Shown one piece after another: positions 34,197 through 42,392 of a stretch of DNA of 42,392 nucleotides (within the stretch, counting starts at the first letter, position 1; each line of letters begins with the position of its first letter). Origin of the DNA: Octopus sinensis (taxonomy: Eukaryota); the NCBI RefSeq assembly GCF_006345805.1, contig NW_021835171.1, positions 1 through 42,392 of the forward strand. The letters run 5' to 3'. The position numbers were made by a program, and so were the translations under genes. Under the pieces are notes generated by a model. The model did no database searches. It saw nothing but the letters and a program-made list of their open reading frames with translations, and had not been told where the DNA came from.

Positions 34197-34385
34197 TGTA
34201 TGTATGTATGTATTTGTGTGTCTGTGTTTGTTCCCGCACCATCGCTTGTTCGGCAAAAGAGAACGATAGAATAAATACGAGGCTTACCAAGAATAAGTGC
34301 AGAGATCGATTTGTTCGACTAAAGGAGGTGCTCCAACATGGCCACAGTCAAATGAATGAAACAAGGAAAAGAATAAAAGAATACA
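33940..34385 (+). mobile_element. SINE family A, near full length
   Basis: Same head, core and tail as 3804-4254. Confidence 0.85.
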
Positions 34386-34839
34386 TATAAATATATGAGA
34401 GGGAGAGAGAGACAATGAGATAATGGTCGTGCTTTCATGTCTTGCATGTGTGCAGTAGCCTTTGCATATCGAAGTAGCCAATGATTTGCAAAGCATGCAA
34501 CACAATGGCTATAACTATTATTATAATTTTTAAACGACAGCGTCCCTTACTGAATTTATCCTTTATGCATGTACTATATAGTCTCATACAAAACCTCGCT
34601 TGACGCTCAATCGCATATAGTCTATCAAGTGTGGTTACTATGTTTGCGTTATTCTGGTTTCTAAGTTTGAGCATGAAACTGTTGGTATCATATTAATGCA
34701 AACTACCTCGTTAAAGAAAGTTATTCATCCACCAATGTTGTGTTGGTTACACAATTTTTATCCGTTACTTACGTCCGCCTGTCCGTCTTTCCGTCCGTCC
34801 GTACATGCATACATACATAAATACATCAAGAAGAAAGGT

Positions 34840-34882
<43 letters not shown>

Positions 34883-34885
<3 letters not shown>

Positions 34886-35190
34886 AGGCGCAATCGCCCA
34901 GTTGTCAGAGCAGCGGATTCGCGGTGTCGTAGGATCACGGTTTCGATTCCCAGACCGGGCGTTGTGAGTGTTTATTGAGCGAAAACAAAGTTCCACGATG
35001 CTCTGGCAGGAGGGGGTGGCGATCCCTGCTGTACTCTTTCGCCACAACTTTCTCCCACTCTTTCTTCTTTTGGCCTGTTCGCTTAACCAGCGGGGTAGCG
35101 TCATTTGAAGGCAAAAACAATGCGAAGCGCATGGTAACCAGCGATGTGCAGCAACATCTAATAGCCTGGTCGGTCGTGTGATCACGTGAT
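34883..35190 (+). mobile_element. SINE family D with tail 3, full length
   Basis: tRNA-like head GGAGGCGCAATCGCCCAGTTG...GGTTTCGATTCCCAG; tail ends GTGATCACGTGAT. Confidence 0.85.
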
Positions 35191-35519
35191 AAATACATAT
35201 CTACGGAAGTATGTTTATGAGTATATTTGTGCGTATTTATATGCATATACACAAACACGCACACACATATATACTGTAAAGTGGACGCAGTGGAAACAAT
35301 ACCTCTTCATGGTACCTATTTATAATGTAGCAGGTGTGGATACAGATGCAAACTCTTACCCATAGCACGTACAACAAAACAACTCATTAAGCATTCGTTC
35401 AGCTGAGTACACGGTGTACCAGCTGACACACCCTAGAAAGGCACAAACATCCGAAATATGTATCCGCTTACACTGCTAATTACATGCGCTGTTAGCCGGG
35501 TGACTGCACGCAATATATC

Positions 35520-35550
<31 letters not shown>

Positions 35551-35769
35551 GTATGTATATGCATATGCTTACATCTAAATATGTGTTTACCTATGTATGG
35601 ATGGATGTATATGTGTGTATGTATACATTTAAATATCTGTTTATGCATGTATGTATGAATGTATGTGTGTATGTATAAATGTATATGTGTGTATGTATGA
35701 ATGTGTATGCGTGTATATATGAATGCATACGTGCGTATGTATGTATGCATGTATGTATGTGTGTGTGTG

Positions 35770-35873
<104 letters not shown>

Positions 35874-36038
35874 GTATGTATATATATATATATATATATT
35901 ATATATTATATATATATATATATAATATATAGTCAACCCAAAATAGAACAAGCAAGAGAAAACAATAATGCGAGGACTTGGTACAAGTACTATGTTGTTG
36001 GACGCTCAGGAAAGGAAAAAAAGAAAGAGGACTTCACA

Positions 36039-36061
36039 TTTCGAGCGGAGCTCTTCATCAG
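36039..36061 (-). ncRNA. Minimal hammerhead-like core in a solo Penelope-type terminus
   Basis: Minus CUGAUGA A GAGC-UCC-GCUC GAAA; stem III and cleavage triplet degenerate (GAAAUGUG). Confidence 0.5.
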
Positions 36062-36374
36062 AAATATGGAAAAAGTCCACACACACGCACACAGACAAAT
36101 ATATGTATTATTCAGCTATATATATGTATATGTATGTATATATATACATATATGTATATATATGTATATATATATGTATATATGTATATGTATATGTATA
36201 TATGTATATACACACACATACACACATATATATATATATACATATTTCATTTGAATACCTCTTCCAGTTCTCCTTTAAATAGCAATGAAATAAGGTGCCA
36301 TAATTTTGTAGTGATGATTGGTATATTTCAAGTTCTAGGTAACCCAGAAGGTGATTGCTTCTATATCATAATCG

Positions 36375-36725
36375 TGGGCAAGTGTGGTTGTGTGTTATGA
36401 AGTATACTTGTCAACCACGTGGTTCTGGGTTCAGTGCGTACCACCATCGGTAAGTGTCTTCTACTGCAGTCTCGGTCCGATCAAAAAACCTTGTGAGTTT
36501 TTAGGTGGAAGCTTAAAGAAGCCCGTCGTACATGTGTGTGTGTGTGTTTGTATTTGTGTCTGTGTTTGTCCCTTCCCACCGCTTGAGAACCGGTGTTGGT
36601 GCGTTTACGTCATCGTAACATAGTGATTCGACTTAAGCGATTGATAGAATAAGTACCAAGCTTAAAGAAAGTACTGGGATCGATTCATTTGACTAGATGT
36701 CCTTCAAGGCAGTGCCCAGCGTAGC
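36375..36725 (+). mobile_element. SINE family A, diverged
   Basis: GTTCTGGGTTCAGTGC...TAAGTGTCTTCTACTG...GATAGAATAAGTACC. Confidence 0.75.
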
Positions 36726-36772
<47 letters not shown>

Positions 36773-36989
36773 ATATATATGTATATCATATCAACTGCAC
36801 TACGAGACACTTTCTTAATCATTAAACTATTCATCAATTGGATGCTGCAATATTTTTGGCTCTTTTTCACAGTATCATCATCGCTAGAGTCCCCTTCAGG
36901 CAAAAGTGACGCTTTCAGGGGTTGTCTAGTTTGTTTTAACCGACACATTCTTCTTTCATTATACATATGTTACTGAATATCTCTCTTTG

Positions 36990-38560
36990 AGAGATTTAGA
37001 AATAATAATATTTCTATTAAATACCAAACTAATATGGCAGTCCATAAATATAGGACGAAAGCTGCCGTTGATTTGCTCCAAGAGGCCATCGCCTCTAGCT
37101 AGCTATGTGACACACGAACTTGTGTCCATTATATCCTTCGAACAGGGGAGGTCAGCCGCTTCCCCTTGCTTGTCAGGCATCTGCAGTCTAGTTTCAGGGT
37201 AGTACCGCTGCCGTAGTCTCCATTAGAGAAACTTAGAAATAATAATATTTCTATCAAAAAATTGTTAACATATTTTGTGTATTGTCGATGTATAACCAAT
37301 TTATTGCTCATAAACTTTAACAATAAAATCTTATATGAATCCTGAAGAGTTATGCCGACCCCGGTTGATAACCACTGGACTAGATAGAACTTCACGACAT
37401 CTACTCTCTCTTGTGGAACTACTAACTCTTCACAGCCATCGTCGTGACTCACATCATTCTTTAAGAGCTTTGTATTTTAGTATCTCCTATCCCTGTACCC
37501 AACACACCGTCAGCACAACAAAGAGGACCTCATTTCATGAAGTCAAATCAACTTATAAAGTCAGGATATTGCAGAAGGTCTTTGGAGCACGAGTGCTTTC
37601 ATCATCTTTCAGGCCTCTACAATCGGGTTTGTTTTCTTTAGTTTATACTCGTGAATTGTTCTTTCTCGTTGTCTTCTCTCATCCTTCCCACAGAAACGAA
37701 CAGGATAGAGAGTGCATTGTCCTTTTTTACAATGTAAATATGGCCAATGCTCTTAATTGCTTGCACCATTTATTATTAAGTAAGTTGACATTCAATTTTA
37801 AAGCGGAATTTCTTAATCTAACTTCAAATTATGGACAAAATGCTTTGGTCTACCGTCGAAATTCCTACAATAGCTCATTTAAACGCGATAAGAGATGTTT
37901 TGCTTCTCCTATTGCTTCCATTTTGATGCTAATGTCGTTCAAAAAGCACCAGCGTTAGTAACATCAGGGATCTTCAGATCTTCAATACCTCCGATTAGGG
38001 TCTTGTAAATTTTCTTACCAGCTCCGTAACCAATACAAAGAGGTGTGAAGAAATCGTACAAAACATCATGATACTACCTTCAGTAACAACCGGTTGATGG
38101 TACTTTGATGGTAAACAGCAGAATTCTAACCCAGGGTATAGAAGTTCTCTTAGATGTTGCGTCCTTCACTACACAGGAATATGAATCTGCAAGTTTAAGC
38201 CAGACAGCCTGAAATATTCTCCCTTTTTAAATTAATGAATGGAGGGGATTTCATGGATTTCAACACGACAAATCTGGGAATCTCCGATTTACTATTCTTA
38301 AAAGGGGAAAGCAGCCTCGAAATCTCAGGTCCCCAACTTTTGAACGAATGTATCTATGAATTCATTCATAATTAGAAACCTTAACTAACGCCTTACTTTC
38401 TGCAGTTAGGAGAGATCTTAACTAGTGGTACCGTTTCCAGCCTAGGACCCTGAAAACTCTCGGCCTACATCGTGGTCCTCTTTAAGCGTGCATTAGTGAA
38501 CTAACCAACAGCAGAGAAGTGTTATTAAACTTGTATAAAACACCATTTTGGTGTAGGGTC
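36990..38560 (-). mobile_element. Probable highly degraded Ty3/Gypsy pol (integrase-region) relic
   Basis: Scattered minus-strand motifs DGVL/NGVLYK, EELVVPQER and GDGLLEQINGS resemble the integrase GVLY..LVVP and NGLVERFNGT blocks; many stops. Confidence 0.35.
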
Positions 38561-38589
38561 TTTTAGGACTCATCTTGTATCCGTTTCCT

Positions 38590-38780
38590 TATCTTTTACT
38601 TGCTTCAGTTATTGGACTGCACTCACGCAGGTGCACCGCCTTCAAGAGTTTTCGAACAGATTGACCCTAGTTCTTATTTTTCTAAAGTCAGGTACTTACT
38701 CTATTAATCACGTTTGTTGAACCACTAGGCGGACGTAAATAAACCAAAACCGGCTGTGAAGTGGGCGGGTCACAAGCACA
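38590..38780 (-). mobile_element. SINE family A, diverged 3' half
   Basis: TTTTACTTGCTTCAGTTATTGGACTGC...GCACCGCCTT. Confidence 0.7.
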
Positions 38781-38858
38781 CGCGCGATGACACGCACGCG
38801 CACACACATACACAACACACAAATACACACACATACGCACACACACACACACACACAC

Positions 38859-38895
<37 letters not shown>

Positions 38896-39099
38896 CAGGT
38901 ATGTAACAACATGTGATTTTCTCAAAGAATTTGTTTTCCTTCTCTCCAGAACTTTCCATTTTCCTCTTTCTGACAAAGAGTCATGCCAGAAACGTCACAG
39001 CCCCTCTTTTTCCATCCTAAATTAGTGTCAACCTAATGCATTCCCTGTGCACGTCCTTTTTTTTTACTTTTGTTGCTTTTATTTTCACTTTTATTATAA

Positions 39100-39106
39100 T
39101 TTGCCT

Positions 39107-39148
<42 letters not shown>

Positions 39149-39288
39149 CATACATACATATATTATATATATATATAATATATATATATAAGATATATAT
39201 ATATATATGTATATTATATTATATATATTATATATATTATATATGTATATATATATATATATATATATACATACATACTATATATATA

Positions 39289-39337
<49 letters not shown>

Positions 39338-39426
39338 AATATATATATATATATATACATACATACATACATATATATATATATATTATATATATTATAC
39401 ATATACATAGTATATTAATATATATG

Positions 39427-39458
<32 letters not shown>

Positions 39459-39522
39459 CATATATGTATACATATACATATATGTGTGTGTGTGTGTATA
39501 TGTATACGTATACATATATATA

Positions 39523-39583
<61 letters not shown>

Positions 39584-39719
39584 GTCTTCTCACAGATTCA
39601 CATTTATTGCAGGGGTTCTTCAGTTTTTCTAGGGTCTGTAAAAGAATTTGGAAGGTTGGGCCCCAACCCAGACCTTTCGGAACTATACTTAAAGCCAGAA
39701 AATTTTCAGCATCCACTCA

Positions 39720-39780
<61 letters not shown>

Positions 39781-39831
39781 CTATTTATCTATCTATCTAT
39801 CTATCTTTCTTCTATCTATCTATCTCTATCT

Positions 39832-39887
<56 letters not shown>

Positions 39888-39892
39888 CCTAC

Positions 39893-39971
<79 letters not shown>

Positions 39972-40038
39972 CCTACCTACCTACCTACCTACCTACCTAC
40001 CTACCTATATCTATCTATCTATCTACCTACCTACCTAC

Positions 40039-40117
<79 letters not shown>
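39100..40117. repeat. (TA)n field and (TATC)n/(TACC)n/(TGTC)n compound microsatellite; another (TA)n field at 40348-40815
   Basis: Direct inspection. Confidence 0.95.
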
Positions 40118-40118
<1 letters not shown>

Positions 40119-40119
40119 A

Positions 40120-40344
40120 CAGTAATCTCTAACCGTATCACGGTTCACCTATCGCGGTTTATTATTTAAGTTTACGTCGATTCCTCCGTGGTGTTGTTTT
40201 GCATTTATAATGAAATAAATATATATAATTATAAAAATGATTTTAAAATATTTAGTACAGTACGGTTTCTAATTCGCGGATTTTCACTTATCACGGTGGG
40301 GATGGGGAGGTTGGAACGTAACACCAGCGATAGTCGAGGGATTA

Positions 40345-40347
<3 letters not shown>
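40120..40347. mobile_element. Tigger/pogo-type MITE
   Basis: TA|CAGTAATCTCT...CGAGGGATTACTG|TA; inverted termini with TA TSD. Confidence 0.85.
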
Positions 40348-40427
<80 letters not shown>

Positions 40428-40740
40428 TATACAATATTTATGTATATATATACATATAGATATATATATATATATACATATATATGTGTATATATATATA
40501 CATATATATAAATATATACAAATATATAGACATGTATATAATATACATATACATATGCATATATATATAACACATATATATATACGTATTGTATACATAC
40601 ATATGCATATATTACATATGTATATGCATATGTATACATATATACGATATATATATATATATATATGCATATATATTACATATATATGCATATATATATA
40701 TCATATATATGCATATATACATATATATGCATATGTATAC

Positions 40741-40802
<62 letters not shown>

Positions 40803-40829
40803 ATACGTATCTATATACACACACGACTA

Positions 40830-41200
40830 CAGGCCCAGGAGCGGCTGTGTGGTAAGTAGCTTGCTTACCAATCAAACAGTTCTGGATTCAGTCCCACTGC
40901 GTGACATCTTAGTCAAGTGTCTTGTGAGTGGATTTGGTAGGCGGGAACTGAAAGAAGACCGTCGTATAAACATACATATATGAGTGTATGTGTGTGTGTT
41001 TGTGTCTGTGTTTGACACCCCAATATCGCTTGACAACCGATGCTGGTGTGTTTACGTCCCCGTAACTTAGCGGTTCAGCAAAAGACACCGAGAGAATAAT
41101 TACTAGGCTTTCAAAGAATATATCCTGGGGTCCTTTTGGTCGACTAAATGCGGTGCCCCAGCATGGCCGTAGTCAAATGCCTGGAACAAATAAAAGAATA
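40830..41200 (+). mobile_element. SINE family A with a short internal deletion
   Basis: Same head, core and tail as 3804-4254. Confidence 0.85.
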
Positions 41201-41214
41201 TATATATATATACG

Positions 41215-41550
41215 AGCTGAGACCCGCTTCGCTCATTACTGACCATGGGATTGTACCTAGAAAGTTACCCTCCCAGCCACAAGTCCCTGCAAAGTTGTTT
41301 ATGGAAGAGCAGCAGTCGCCCATGCATACCGGCCTCCCTTCTCCATTCCACCAGTGTTACCCACGGGAAAGGCAAAGGGGCCGATACAGCTTGGCACCTG
41401 TAACGTCGCAACTCATTTCTACAGCTGAATGAACTGGAACAACGCGAAATAAAATGTCTTGCTCAAGAACACAACACGCAGCCTGGTCAGGGATTCGAAC
41501 TCACAACCTCGCAATGGTAACCTCGACGCTCTAACCACTGAGCCATGCGC
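41215..41550 (-). mobile_element. SINE family C with tail 2
   Basis: Head and core match 9640-9778; the tail (41215-41410) is unrelated to tail 1. Confidence 0.85.
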
Positions 41551-41627
41551 ACATATACGTATCGTTCACACTGCGTGACACTCTGGACAACTGTCTTCTA
41601 CTATAGACCACGGTTGACTAATGCATA

Positions 41628-41743
41628 GTGAGTGAATTTCATGGACGAAAACTGTGCCTGTGTATATATATGTATGTATAGATACGTATCTATACATACA
41701 TGTATATACACAGACACAGTTTTCGTCCGTGAAATTCACTCAC
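41628..41743. repeat. 116-bp loopless palindrome between two tail-to-tail SINE-A remnants
   Basis: 58-bp arms with 3 mismatches, centred on TACGTA. Confidence 0.92.
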
Positions 41744-42128
41744 AAGGCATTGCCACGCAGTGGGAATGAACCCCAAACCACTCGGTTGCAAAGCGAGCTT
41801 TATAACCGCAAAACTATGCCTGTGCTATTACATTATTTTTCCAAAGTTTTCGGTTGCTTTTCGTACTTTGCCATTCTTCATAAGGCGTCTGTTTGTTTCA
41901 TCTTTGAGTTGGTCACAACCTTAATAAATCAAGTTTGGCAGATGTCTCGCAGAATCGTGGTAAAATGTGTTTACTATTCTTGATGCCGATCATTCGATGT
42001 TCGTCTATTGAACCAAACAGAGATCCTTATCTGCAGATGGCCAGCGTAAGATAACGCTGATTCAAGACACCCCGATTTCGTACGATCATATATACCTCTA
42101 CATATCTATGAATACACACACACACATT

Positions 42129-42167
<39 letters not shown>

Positions 42168-42392
42168 TATATGTGTGTGTGTGTGTTGTGCGTGTGTGTG
42201 TGTGTTGTGTGTGTGTACGTGTATGTATATAAATATATATATATATATACATATATATATGTGGCGTTTTCACACTTACCAAAATAGAGAATGTTTTCTC
42301 CACGGTAACTGCAGTGAATTTGCCTTTAGAAGTTAAAAAGCGTCACAAACATATTTTAACTACCTAAAGTTTATATACATGTGTGTGTCTGT

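Noticed and set aside
37335-37958. 207-aa plus-strand ORF
   Set aside because: No recognisable domain; it is antisense to the probable Gypsy relic.

Overview
AT-rich, extremely microsatellite-dense metazoan DNA. The SINE families and repeat style point to Octopus (recognition, not a database result). No intact protein-coding gene is visible, and most ORFs in the track are microsatellite artefacts. The window is a layered transposon graveyard. It holds more than 25 tRNA-derived SINE copies (labelled here families A-D), three to four non-autonomous Helitrons, mariner, hAT, Tigger-type and other MITEs, two Penelope-like GIY-YIG remnants, an R4/Dong-type LINE end and a probable Gypsy relic. Centrepiece (23.8-29.4 kb, minus strand): a 5'-complete Tx1/L1-clade LINE with a perfect 18-bp target-site duplication. 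Its reverse-transcriptase domain is deleted in frame and it carries a nested hAT. It sits in the head of a SINE-B copy, and a SINE-B subfamily carries a 3' tail resembling this LINE's 3' end. Second theme: hammerhead-ribozyme-like motifs in Penelope-type termini, including a 139-bp loopless palindrome made of two back-to-back hammerheads and a tRNA-promoter-plus-hammerhead unit. Weak host-gene hints: a signal-peptide-like exon starting at ACG (1.6 kb), a CRE/ETS motif cluster (15.3 kb) and one well-formed exon with no open frame (30.0 kb). All alignments and translations were done by eye. SINE and remnant boundaries are approximate to tens of bases.
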